Of a stretch of 64,000 nucleotides of DNA, positions 1 through 12,950 are shown one piece after another. Where the stretch lies: NCBI GenBank assembly GCA_021613535.1, contig CP075494.1, forward strand, positions 11,594,001 through 11,658,000, in the 5' to 3' direction. The notes under the pieces are model-generated. The model was not told the origin of the DNA. It saw nothing but the letters and a program-made list of their open reading frames with translations, and searched no databases. Numbering within the stretch: the first letter of the stretch is position 1; each line of letters starts with the position of its first letter. The position numbers were made by a program, and so were the translations under genes. This stretch comes from Adineta vaga. Its lineage: Eukaryota > Animalia > Rotifera.

Positions 1-860
1 AAAACCATCATTAGATGTACCAATAAAAATAGTACAGATGACAAGAGTAAATTTCAATTGTTTTTTCTTTTCATGATTAACAATAGAACTCTTCTATGTT
101 TTTCTTCCAAATGTAGCTTCCAGCCGATCTACGTGAAGGTACAAAGGAAACAATGATTGCTGAACCCGAGGAAAGAACACCAACATTGGCAAAATCGGTA
201 TTTTTGCTCAGAGAATAAATAATAGAGAATCGATATATGAAAAGAAAACGATCTTTGTTAGAATTGATCTTTGCTCGAAGGACTTTATAGAATTAAGCTT
301 CTCATCGATAAATCTACTTGATTCATGCACAGATGTAAAACTAATCTTATCAAACTTTTCTAGCGCGCATATCCCAAACTCTCAAAGTCCAATAGTTTGA
401 CGGCTCAATCATTTGATTCAATACAATCTCGTAAATATCGTTTTGGTGCTTGGTATTTACCTACAAATCTTTGGCAACGATCATTAACAACCGAACACTT
501 GCAAGATCCAAAAAAACTTAAAGCTGAACGCGAAGATAGCGCACGAATACGAGAAGAACAAACCGTAAAACATTCTTCTTCGAAAATATTCAATTAAATA
601 TTTTCTTTAGAATGCGCATCTTGCTCCATTGCGTGGTGTTGATGCATTCAAAGATTATTTGGTCGATAGAAATATTCGCCGTTTACCAAAAGTAAATCTA
701 ACATATTCATCTTTGAATTAGAGATTAGATCAGATCTTATTATTTTCTTTTTTGTTTTATTTTATAGTTAATTACCGATGTTGAACAGTATCGTCGTGAT
801 CATCCTCCTGAACCTAGTAAACCAACGATTGGTGTTCGACGAAAAGCATCTTCCGATTGA
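1..860 (+). CDS. FAM47-family protein, 3' exons only (5' end lies outside the window)
   Basis: Spliced exons read ...RKYRFGAWYLPTNLWQRSLTTEHLQDPKK...LAPLRGVDAFKDYLVDRNIRRLPK..., matching the FAM47E C-terminal pattern (YGAWYLxPKLW...DP...LHG..AFKDFI..RG.R.P) as I recall it. Stop TGA at 858-860. Confidence 0.65.
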
Positions 861-946
861 TATTTTTTTATAATTGATTTATTTTTCCTAATAATGATTT
901 TGAGTTTGATACCTATATTTTTTCTAGATTTTATTTTCGTTTTATT

Positions 947-3900
947 ATGACAACTAAACCTGATTCATATACTGGCTTTAATGATTATAATCCTTTATTA
1001 GATTCAGAAGTAAGTACAGTCATAGTCAATAAGAATAAATAAACTTGTCTATTCGATTGCTTCTTCTCAGGGTTTAAAATATGATACTGATTTACAACAA
1101 GCCGTTTTAAAAACTAGTCATGGACGACGAGCACCACCGGTAGGTTCATGATTATTGATTAATAAATTGAATAATGACTACTGTTTTTGTTGTTGTTGTA
1201 GACCGGTCAGAAGGTAAACAACTTCCCATCAATTGATTTTTCTATAAAACTATTAAATTTTAGAGTGGTTTCTTTTCGAAAATGAAAAATGCATTTAGTC
1301 GACCAAAAAATGCAGATGTGCCTGTATCCGTCAATAATCCTACCGGTCGATTAGGTACTGCATCAAGAGCCGCTCAACAACAACAACAGCAGCAGCAGCA
1401 ACAAAGTGCTCAGATGAATGCACCATTTGGTTCAGCTGCTCGTCGTCCAACAACAGCACAAAAACGACCAACAACTGCTATTCAAGGTGCTGGTTTTATG
1501 GCTGGAGTTGGAGCATTTGGTAGTCATGTAGCAACAGCAGGACCGAATCAATTTGAAAAGAAGGAAGAAAGGTAATTGTAAAGTAATCGCTAGGATAAAT
1601 ATGAATGATATGATCATTTCAAAGCAATGAAGAGAAAGCACGTAAAATGGAGAAACAGATCATTGATCTTGTGGATGAAAGTTGTTTAGCTTATGAACAC
1701 AATGATAGTAAAACTGTAAGAAAACATTATCGATTGATTGTATCTTAGAGATAGATTGTTTTAGGCACTTGAAAAAGGTGAAGAAGCAATGCGAAATGAA
1801 AAAAGTCTTGGACGATATCGTGAAGAACAAAATATGAATGAATCAGATATAAATTTAACGGGATTTGTATATATCAATTACTTATTGTTGATATGTTTGA
1901 TCTGAACTTTGTTCTACATAGGTTATCCTACATTGTGCAAATATGTATACAAAATGTGGTATGAACACAGAAGCATTGAATCAATATAATGTTATTCTTA
2001 AAAATAAATTAATACCTGTACATAATCGAGTGTAAGTTTGTAAAGAAAACGTTTTCAAATGAAAAGACAAAAGATCATTCTTTTTTTAGTCGCATAAATA
2101 TTGGCAATATTTTTCTACATTCAAAGCAATATGTTAAAGCATTAAAAATGTATCGAATGGCACTTGATCAAATACCTGAACAAAATGCTGATTTAAAGTA
2201 TAGTTATTTTGGTTTATTTTCAAATTTAACATATCGTTTTTAAGAATTAAAGTTCGAGAAAATATCGCAGCGACACATATCATTATGGGGCAATATGCTG
2301 AAGCAGCACAAGCTTACGAATCGATTGTGCAAGAACGACCGAATTATCGTAGTTGTTTCAATCTTTTTCTATGTTATCATACATTAGGTCAGCGTGATAA
2401 AACACGATCGGCATTTAGTGATTTACTTAAAATACCAATAGTCAAATCGGATGATGAATATGTAGTTTCAGTATGATATATTTATAAAGTTCGTTTAGTA
2501 AATGATTTACTCTGGGTAATTGTAGGTTGACAAAGAAAATAAACATGCCAATCTCGTTTTGGAAGCAACACGTGATGATCGTTTAAGACAATATGAACGA
2601 AAACGGTAATAATCAAATAGTATCTGTCATTATAATCAGTAGCATGCAAGAGGTCTTGAAAAAAGTTTAGAATTTCATTGACTTCAAGAAAAGTCTTCAT
2701 AGTCAGAGCATGACATTCAACTGTTTTTTATTAGACGTCGTTTTGCTGAACATGTCATTATCACAGCAGCGAAATTGATTGGTAATAATTCTGATGGAGA
2801 TTTTGTTGGAGGATATGAATGGTGTATTGAACAAGTACGAGCTTCATCTTATTTGGAACTAGCTAGTGGTCTTGAGATTCAAAAGGCGATTGCTTATTTA
2901 CGAGAAGATAATTTTTCAAAGGTATGAAAATTTGAATGCAATGAAAGAAGTTAATTCGAAGTATTCTTTCAGGCTATTGCTACACTCAAAGAATTTGAAA
3001 AAGCAGAAGCTAAATTAGCTGGTGCAGGTTTGTTGAATATTCTAAAATGTGAAAATATATATTTATCATGACTATCATTTTAGCTTCAACTAATTTATCA
3101 TTCTTATATTTTCTGGTATGAATTTTATATAAATATGATCTGTTCAATCTTGTCAATTTTTAGGAAAAAGATTTAAATAATGCTCATAAATATGCTGATT
3201 TAGCTCTAAAATCAGATAAATTTAATCCATCTTGTAAGTCAATAGTTAAAATATTTTTTGACATAATATCGATGTGTTCTTTTGAAATTAGCTCTGACCA
3301 ATAAAGGCAATTGTTGTTTTGCTCAAGAAGATTATGATAAAGCTCGATATTATTACGAAGAAGCATTGAATATCGATGCTGGTTCAGTAGAGGCTCTTCA
3401 TAATCTCAGTAAGTTATAATATACGATAAACAAGATGATTGATACTTTTCATCATCATCTTTTTAGTACTTACATTAATCAAATGCAATCAATATCAACG
3501 TGTTAAAGATTATCTACACAAATATACGACTATTCAACCAGATAATAGTCAAGTTTTTTGTCTAATGGCACAAGTATTACAAAAAACAAATGATATGGAT
3601 CATGCAAAGAGTTGGTGAGTAAAAGAATGAATAGATTTCTCCAGTTTAAGTCAATGATTTATCCATACTATTTTGTACGATAGGTATTTACAAGCATTGA
3701 GTATGCATCGAACCGATGGTTATTTACATCGACATATTGGTGAATTAATCGATATGCAAGGAGATAAAGCAGATGCTTTACAATATTATTTCGATGTAAG
3801 TTAACCGATTATTTTTATTTGAACAATCTTAATTCATCTTGTTTTTCTTTACAAAGGCATATCGTCATAATCCATGTGATATGGAAACATTACAATGGCT

Positions 3901-5371
3901 TGCATCGTATTATATTGAAACACAATATCCTGAAAAAGCTGTTGAATTTTGTGCTCAAGCAGCCTTAGTGAAGTAGATTAATCTTGTAATTCTTTTCTTA
4001 TATGAAAATATATAATTATTTTTATTACAACTAGACCTGGTGAAATAAAATGGCATCTAATGGTAGCATCTTGCTATCGTCGTGTTGGTGATTATTCAGC
4101 TGCATTAGAGAAATATAAATGGATTCATCAATATTTTCCTGATGATACTGATTGTAAGATAACATTTATTTTCTGTTATTGAGCACAATAGAATAAATTT
4201 TAAGAAAACATTTTATCATTTGAAGTCGTTCAGTTTATTTAAGAGTATTAACACTACCATCACAGGGCGCTCGCTTCATTTATAGATATAGAATTATTAG
4301 AATAATGAAGCATGAAAAACGAATGAAAAACTATGACGTTTCCAGTAATTATTATGTTGAGAACACACAGAATGAAGGCATTTCGTTAGTTTTATTGGCT
4401 AGTCAATTATAATGAATGCATGCGAATAGGCATTGAAAAAAAACTTTAAGATAATGATACAATTCTTTTTCTGACACGGAAATCCAATGTTCTATAAGTT
4501 CATATCAGTCAAAAAGTACATATTCACCTTATTTGCTCCTCCAGGAATGAGATAAAATCTCCCTGGTTTTGTCAAAAGAGAAATAGTCTATTTGAAGTAG
4601 TTCTTGAATTTCTATGAGCATGTTATTCTTGTATAAAATTTAATAAATTATGCATAACGTCAAGTATAGTTGTTAACAAGGACTCGATGAGTTTTTTTTT
4701 AATTAATAATATATTTCAAAATACCTTTTTATCCTATATATCTTCGGTTCATTTCTTTGAGCACCTATGACTTTTAATGTATTTCTTTTTAGGTATTCAA
4801 TTTTTAATTAAAATCGCAACGGATCTCAATTTACCTGATCGAGAAACATATGAAAATGAATTGAAAAAAGTGAATAAAAGAAAGGAAATACAACAACAAG
4901 TATGAATTTTTTAGTGATATATTCCATTTTATTTAACAAAGTATATTTTTATCTGTAGCGTAAAACAAGTGCCGATAAAAGTCGAAATATAGTTCAAGGC
5001 CGAAAAGTGACATCCACTGAACGCGATGGTATAGTAAAAAGAAAAATTTTCTACTCGCTATACTTTTTTTCTTCTTCTAGTCTCTCTTAACACTCAAAAT
5101 CAAACAAATGATGAACATCGCAAACGCACACCTATTGATCTCGACAATACCGACGGTGTTTTTTCCCAACCAGGTATTTTTTCTCAATCTTTCATATTGT
5201 TTTCTTATTTAAATCTATTTTTCTCTAGAACATGTTTCTATGCCTTCGTATGTTGATCAATTTCCTCGACATATGAGCAATGAGAGACCTAAAACTGCTA
5301 TTAGCAAAAGAGAAGCAAATACAACTGTATTCGATGACAATGACGATGCAGCTGAACTTTTACCAGATTGA
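947..5371 (+). CDS. IFT88: Intraflagellar transport protein 88 (TPR protein), multi-exon
   Basis: N-terminus YTGFNDYNP...LQQAVLKTSHGRRAPP, TPR block ALTNKGNCCFAQEDYDKARYYYEEALNIDAGSVEALHNL, KWHLMVASCYRRVGDY and C-terminus ERPKTA...ELLPD* all match IFT88. Many GT-AG introns. Confidence 0.93.
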
Positions 5372-6194
5372 AAATGCAATGGATCTAGTTATATATATAT
5401 TTTTTTGTCTTTACTTTTACTCGTTTCTACTTCGCTTTATAACCAATAAAAAGAAACTATAACGTGCAATGTCAATAAAGGCTGGTGAAGAGAAAACCCG
5501 CTGAACAACGTTCTCTTATTTTGCTTTTTTTGTCTCATCTGTTTTGCAGCTGATCATACTTTGTTTCTCCTCTTTGGCCGAAGCGGAAGAATGATTAATG
5601 GGTAAAAAATGTTGAGGACAAAATGTGTCTATCGTTGTATGTCTTTCCTAGTTTTTTGCTGAGAAAAACAGAATAGTACTGATGCAAGGAAAACAGAACA
5701 AGAGAACGAGAGGGAAACAAAGAGAGAGAGAGAGTAAAAAAAGCTGGGTTGACGACCTTTTCTTTTTTTCTTCTTCTTCTTTCACAAACAACTGTAAAAT
5801 ATCATTGTAAGTAACAAACAAATATCAAATAGTTTTCATCTGAATTCATATTTTTAAATTAAGACGAAAAATGAAATTGTTCGTGAATCAAAATGATGTT
5901 ATCTGTAATTGAGCTACAGTCGTTTTTGTTTTCATGATTAAAAATTTGAGAACACATGTGTTAACTGCACGCGTGACATGAAAGTACACTAGACTAAAAT
6001 CGAATAAGAATGCACGTCTTCTTTCTTTCTATTTTTTCTCGCTCACATTTCTTCATTCTAAACACGTCAAAAACAGTTCCCTTTCCTTCTCCATCAATCC
6101 ATACAAGACACAATATCTCCAAGTCTTTTTTTCAAGAATATTTATTTTATATACTTATTCATTTAGATCTCATCGTGATCTTTGTTCAATAAAC

Positions 6195-6952
6195 ATGCAT
6201 TCAATCGATTCAAATTATGATTTCATCTCACCATTTAAAACAATGAGTTCATATCAAACAAGATTAACACATCAGAATGATTATTATTCTCAAAATAGTT
6301 CATTTCATTCAACGAATCCTTATACAATACAAAAATCCACTAATGATGAAATGATTCTTGATAAATTTCATTATGATACACAAGTAAAATTAGAAACAGG
6401 GGAAACAAAGAATATTCAACACATAACAACAAACGATTTTTTAATCAGTACAAAGCAAAGTCAACAGTATTCGAAGTAAGAACAAAGAATAACTATATTG
6501 TCATAACTAACAATAAATACATACATATCTGTTATGTCTTATCATATCTTTTCTTTTTAATAGTCTCCTGGCACGTGTGGATTATATTGGTTCAGTAGAT
6601 AAAACAACTAGTAAAGTTGAATTACGACTTTATATTAATGAAATTCAAAAAACGGTAATTAATTGATTCGTATGCAAAGAAATAATCACATCTGAAAATA
6701 TTTCTAGATTTCATACTATGTTTCACAAGAAATGCCATTTTTTGTTCATCAATATTCTTGTTGGTCATCAATATCACCGAAATATACTCGGTGCCTTTGT
6801 GGATTAAATTGTCGTCAATTAGAATGTGGAGATTTAATTATAGCTATAACTGAACATCCGAGAATTTCATCAGGCAAACAAATTAAACCTGATTATACTC
6901 AGCAATCACCAACAAAATGTCTAGTTGAAAGATATATGAATGAGAAAATCTC

Positions 6953-6988
<36 letters not shown>

Positions 6989-7031
6989 TAATCTTCTTTT
7001 GAAAAAGCCAACAATATCAAAAATGAAATAA
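6195..7031 (+). CDS. Small AXH-domain (ataxin-1/HBP1-like) protein, 3 exons
   Basis: FHYDTQVKLETGETKNIQHITTNDFLIS...EMPFFVHQYSCWSSISPKYTRCLCGLNCRQLECGDLIIAIT matches the AXH pattern (IQLANGELKKVEDLKTEDF...EYPFFV..GWSS..P..T....L.C..L.VGD). Confidence 0.8.
6953..6982 (+). repeat. (TCA)n microsatellite encoding poly-Ser
   Basis: Direct run of tcatcatca... in the last AXH-gene exon. Confidence 0.9.
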
Positions 7032-8462
7032 GTTTTGTATGACTGATTAGCTTTATTTACGCTTGGACGCGTTTAAATGTCTTCTATAGATTATATTCTC
7101 CGAAGTACATAAAAATATATCTAGGTCCTTTCTTTTGTTGTGTTCTTGTTGCGTATACAATAGTAAATGAGTTTTTATTTTGTCTTGTCTGCACTATTTC
7201 CTATATAACAGATCAAGTTTCATACGAGAATTTAACGTTTATTTTTCTGTTGTCTGTATTGTGTTACACCAATTGTTCCCACACCCATTTCAATGATTTA
7301 CATTATAGGTTAATTTTATGATGTTCTTTTTTCTTTCTTTCTGTAACTGTTGTTTTGTCTGCTTATCTGTACTAAATATATATATGTGTGTGTGTGTGTG
7401 TTTAGTTTGCAGTTATTAATTGTGCATAGAAGACGGACAGAAATTGATCGACGTTTAGGAAAATTATATTTTATGTTTATATGTTATGATTTATAGGAAA
7501 TAAATAGAAATACTCAATAGGAACAAGTTATTTTAAACAGATATATACATTCTATTTTTAGAAACCTTGAGAAAAACTATGACCATATATATTTTATTAT
7601 TAATAAACTTCCGTTTATTCTAAGGCAGTCATTTTCCCTCGATATAAATAATTGTACCTCTGGTATGCGTATTAAATTGATCTGTTTGTCAGTTTAACTG
7701 GATGAATATAATTCTTATAAGATTGAAGAATGTTTATCATATGTGTGAAATAGGCCTTCTTGAGCATATTAATTACTTTCTTAAAGTAATTAACGGAACT
7801 GTTGATTTTATAGACAAGATTATTACATATGTTGTCGACAGTAAAGCGATCCTTGTTTAAGAAATTTAAGTAGACTTCTTCAAGGTCGACTTATTTAATA
7901 ATTGATCTTCCTTTAAACACTATTTTTAGCAAAATAGACGATGTACTTTTATCCGAAAAAGGTTATTCTACTTGTTTATTCTAAGAAATAATCGAGCTCT
8001 TGACATCATCTGTTAGTTATTCTATATAATTATGTTGAAATACCTTTATAAAATAAGTGACGGTATTCTTTTCCTCAAAATTTATTTTTTGATTAATATA
8101 CATTAGTTCATTTGAGAATTTATTCCTCAAAACTAATTATACAAAAGATAATAAATAGATTCAGTTCATTCGGTAAAGTCACATTTTACTATAAGGATAT
8201 ATCTAAATTAAAAGATTAAATAATGAATATTCTTCCTATGTGATAGTTAAGATGATTAGAAGTTTTACTGTCATTATGCATTTAGCGATTAGTAATATAC
8301 GTAGAATGAAAAAAGAAAGTCACTAAGTTATATATCAACGGTAAATTATTTTTTATTTAACGTTAACAACAAAAAAAAGAAACAAGTAATCATCTTTTTT
8401 CACGATTATTTATACGAAAAATAAAAAATATTCATGATAGACTTGTTCTTCAGTACTGCATA

Positions 8463-10237
8463 TTATGTTTTATGAGATTTTGATATTGGCTAAATAGATT
8501 ATTTATATGGAATTTGTTTCTTAAAAAGAATGAATAGATGAAAATCTTACTCGAACATCTCGAAGCAAACGCCGACAAGCATAACAAACATGAACTGTAT
8601 CAGTACTGAAAAGAAATAATCCCATTGAAAAATGACTCTGTGAATCGGATAGACTGTACCTTTGAGGCGATGCAGTAAATAGTTGATGAACAAGTTTTAT
8701 TCTATCCTGATCAGATAATGATGATTGATCTTCATCAAGATCAAGTGGACAACAGCATAGATCACAGCGTTGTGGTTGAAGATTTTTCTCCAATTTATCC
8801 GATGTGCTATAATAATGAAAAGTAACTATCTATCATTTTTTCATTTGATTGAATGTTATTCAACATGTTCCAATTTAGTCAAGCTAGTGAACTTCTTACC
8901 GAAATATGGTACTAACAGTCGATGGAAATTGTCGTTGTAAATCATTAACGAGCGTTTCTGTCAATTGAAAGATTGATGATTGTGGACCAGTCTATTCGAA
9001 AAAAACAACAATAACAACATTAATACTCCTAAGTATACATACCATTGTTGATATATCAGCATTCTGTAGAGATTCAATAGAATTTAATCGATTATACATA
9101 GCAATTTCTTTTGACATGATCTCTCTAAACAAAACAAGATTCGAATAATGAACAACAACAACAGAGAAAAGAAATCATACCGAAATGGTCTAACAATAGT
9201 CACGGAATCATTTCTTGTATCTGTCAAATTCTGTATGAATAGAAATGAAATAATTCAAATCAGTACAAAGATTTCTACGAACACATTCTAAGGCAACATG
9301 TGCACCTTTGCCTTGTGCCATATCAGAAAGAATCTGCGCTGCAAGTTTTGTACAATTATCACCGGTGATTAATTTCGTACATTTTTCACGAATAGCAATA
9401 TCAAATAGTAGTTTTAATCTGCATACAAATTCAACGAACATTGTAATATATATTTAAAGAAAAACACATACTTTCGTCGTCGAACAAGTTCTTCACGAGC
9501 TGTAAATGATTTTGTTCGTTCTGTTAATAATTTTTGTAAATCCTGATCTGTATCCAAATTCTATTCACAAAAATATGTCTTTAAAAATGAAAGATAAGCA
9601 GATAATGTTTCTACTTCATCAATTGAAACAATATGTAATGGATGTTGCAATTTATTGGTAATGAGATCTGTTACTTTATCACGAATATTCGTTGCCTCTG
9701 CATATAACGAAGATTCTAAGAAACGAATAAATATTAATTAGAAAGAGTGAAAACAAAGTTAAAATTACCATCAATATAAGCAACTTGTGCTTGAAATTGA
9801 AGGCGCCTTCGCGCATTAACACTGAGTCCTTCAGCAATTAAATGGAGCAAAGCTGTTGATGATGGTCCACCGGAATAAGCAATTAGAACACGTTCACCTC
9901 TTCCAAACACATTCGATTTTGATAGCGTCGAACGAAATTTATGAATGAAAAATTCTTCAAAACATTTCCTATAAAATGTATTTCATTTACATTTAATTCA
10001 TCTTCTATGCTATTAGTTTTAAAAAGTAAAACATTTACTTACCGACACATTGGATCAGCAATTCGAACAACCACACACGCATCTTGATCACAACTCATAC
10101 ATTTTCGACTGATTGCTGCTCTATATAAACGATGAAATCTCTATCGAAAGAACTTTGATGATCTTTTTCACCTACTTATCTGTTGCAGCTTTCAGCGCTT
10201 GAAATGCTTCGTCGTCTTCTTCATTTACTTGACACAT
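8463..10237 (-). CDS. CTU2: Cytoplasmic tRNA 2-thiolation protein 2, multi-exon
   Basis: MCQVNEEDDE... start, CFEEFFIHKFRSTLSKSNVFGRGERVLIAYSGGPSSTALLHL, LITGDNCTKLAAQILSDMAQGKGAHVAL, LQRQFPSTVSTIF, and C-terminal CDLC...CYACRRLL. Confidence 0.88.
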
Positions 10238-10491
10238 ATCTGCAAAGCGAATAAGTCATGTTACTTTCATTTGTTAATAGGCATGAAAAAGAGAAAAGAT
10301 TTTTTTTTTCGAAAGATATTTATATATATATGTATTTAATTTTCGTTCGTTTTCGGTTTTTTAATATGCTTAGAAAGAAAAAACAAACAAGCAATCATAT
10401 CGATTACAAACGAAAAGAAAAACAATGATGATAATGACACTTTTTTTTTCTTTTTGTGTAAACAGAGACAAAACAGATGATGAAAATTGTC

Positions 10492-11066
10492 TCATGCTAC
10501 TAGTACACAGGCACCACCAGCTGCTTTAATTTTTTCTTCAGCTGTTCTTGAAAAGAATTTTGCCTTGACAATAAGTGGTTGTTTGGGTAGAACACCTTTG
10601 CCTAACACCTTAAAATAACCTGATCGAACAACATTAATAACTGGTGTAACAGCAGCTTCTTCTCCTGTATATTTTTCTTGTGTTCGTTGGCTCAAAAGTG
10701 CCCATAAACGATCGAGATTGACGGTTGGACACCATCGACGATTTTTAAGTTTATGAAATTCACGTTGACCAACTTTACCAAAATAACCCGGATGATATTT
10801 ATCGAAAAGAGTACGGTGATGATGAAGACCACCAGCATTACCACGACCGCCAGGATGTTTACGATGTTTACCAACACGACCGTGACCATGTGAGACATTA
10901 CCTAAATAAAAATTTTAATAGAAAATATACATTCAATGTGTTATTTTCATTATTATCTAACGAATATCTTCTCTAAGATTTCGAAAAGAAATAACATACC
11001 ACGTAATTTAGTTTTCTTTGGTTTCTTATTTAATCGTGAATTTCGTGCTGAACCACGTGCGGCCAT
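10492..11066 (-). CDS. RPL27A: 60S ribosomal protein L27a (uL15), 2 exons
   Basis: [48 protein letters not shown]...[39 protein letters not shown]. Confidence 0.97.
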
Positions 11067-11151
11067 TTTTATATAAGATTATCTTAGTATTCAAATAGAG
11101 ACTTTATCTAGAATAAAAAGTTAATTGATATCTAACAAGTTTATATATATT

Positions 11152-11737
11152 TTAAATTTGTTCATGTTTAAGTAACCAAAGTTTAACATTATTTCGTTCA
11201 CCTCCTGCATAGTTTCCTACTTGTCCACTCGAACGAATAACTCGATGACATGGTACAATTAATTGAAATGGATTACGACGCATGGCTGTACCAACAGCAC
11301 GTGCAGCTCGTTTATTTCCAGCTAATTCAGCTAAATGACCATAAGTAATTGTTTGACCGAAAGGAACACGATTTAAAAGTGTACGCCAAACATTTTCTTG
11401 AAATGAATCATTTTTTGAAATAATATCAGGACAAAGTTCAGGTGTTTTTAATGAATTCGTTGCACTATGAAAATAATCGTTAAGCCATTTATGACATGAT
11501 TGAAGTACTGAATCTTTTTCATCATATGGTTGTTGAAATTCAATTGATTCACTAAAAAGCGAAAGTTATGTTTAGACGAGAAGACAATATTTTTTGTAAT
11601 ATTAACTTCATATCAGGCAAAAATGATTGATCATTAATAGTTGAGATTTGTGTAATAGAATGAAGACCTTGTGAACAATAAGATATTGCTAAACGACCTA
11701 TTGGTGATGTACAAATTGCTGATGAAGTTTCACACAT
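11152..11737 (-). CDS. MGMT: Methylated-DNA--protein-cysteine methyltransferase, 2 exons
   Basis: TSPIGRL N-terminus, FQENVWRTLLNRVPFGQTITYGHLAELAGNKRAARAVGTAMRRNPFQLIVPCHRVIRSSGQVGNYAGG with the active-site PCHRV motif. Confidence 0.95.
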
Positions 11738-12193
11738 TTTTATAAGGATTTTCATCAAAAAAATAATAAATGAATACGAAGAGGAACAAGCAAACAACCA
11801 AAAATTACCAAATGATGTCAGTTAACCAATCAGAATGAAGTGATCCATTTGGAACGATCCTTTGCTATTGAAATCAATTCATTATGGAAATAATTATAAA
11901 TTTTAGTTTTTTTTTGTGAAAAAATTATTCAACCATCAAAAAATGTAATTGTAACATTTAAACATCGCTATTGTATAGAGATATTTTTTCATTGGTTTTT
12001 CAAATTCCAATGAATTGTGGCGCTTCCTTAAACGCTAAGCAACATAATTGATCACTACTGCTTTATTTACCTAACGTAACGTAATTCTAGAATTCATATA
12101 TGAATATTTTCTGTTGAACAAACTCTCTTTGTATTGATATTTTATTTTGTTATGTGTAAATGCAAAAAAGATTTTATCTTTAAAATAGATTGA

Positions 12194-12950
12194 TTATACT
12201 GAATGTTCATAATACGTTTTTATTAATGGATACTTTTGTGCAGTTTCATAGGATGGTGGTTCATAACATTGTTCATAAATATGACTTGATAGCGTATCAG
12301 ATTCTACGTGACCATCACATGCATTAGAAGGATTGATGGATTGTTTCGTGTTAATCGGAGATTTGATTCGTTTTGATCGACGGAAACATTTAAATAGAAT
12401 AATAATACCAAAAGAAACAAGAAGAAGAAGAACCGCAATAACTGAAATAATCCTATAGAATTCGATAGATATATGAAAAAGAAGACATACCAATGTAGAC
12501 TTTGAACTCTTCCAGTGCGCCAAAAACTATATGATTATTAGCTATAAGGTGAAAATAAAATGATTATAATTAATATTTGTTTAATCTTGTGCTGTGGAAA
12601 GTTTTGAAAATTAACTTACAATATTTAGGAAGTTTATTACATGCTCGACGATCTTGTATAGTTTGACAAGGTACATAATGTAACATTTTACAAGCTAAAT
12701 CACAACGGATATCGTCTTTTGTTGAACATGCATAGAGATTGTTTATACAAAGTTCTATTGACGGAAAAGAAATCAATGAATAAAATAAAATTTAAATAAA
12801 TAGAATTTTCTTACTACAAAAACTTCCTTCTTCATCAAATCGATCGTGACAATCAATAATTCCATCACAAAATTGTGACCAACGTAATGTTCGATTGCCA
12901 CCATCACATGTATGACCATTTGTTAGTATCATTCTGTTTGTCTACACATC
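12194..12950 (-). CDS. Single-pass membrane protein with an LDL-receptor class A module and a cytoplasmic PPxY motif (5' end uncertain)
   Basis: TCDGGNRTLRWSQFCDGIIDCHDRFDEE (LDLa), further Cys-rich exon, hydrophobic IISVIAVLLLLVSFGIIILF followed by KCFRRSKR, tail YEPPSYETA. Confidence 0.65.

Noticed and set aside
7769-7793. Perfect 11-bp inverted repeat ttaattacttt/aaagtaattaa
   Set aside because: Almost all A/T and plausible by chance; no flanking element structure seen.
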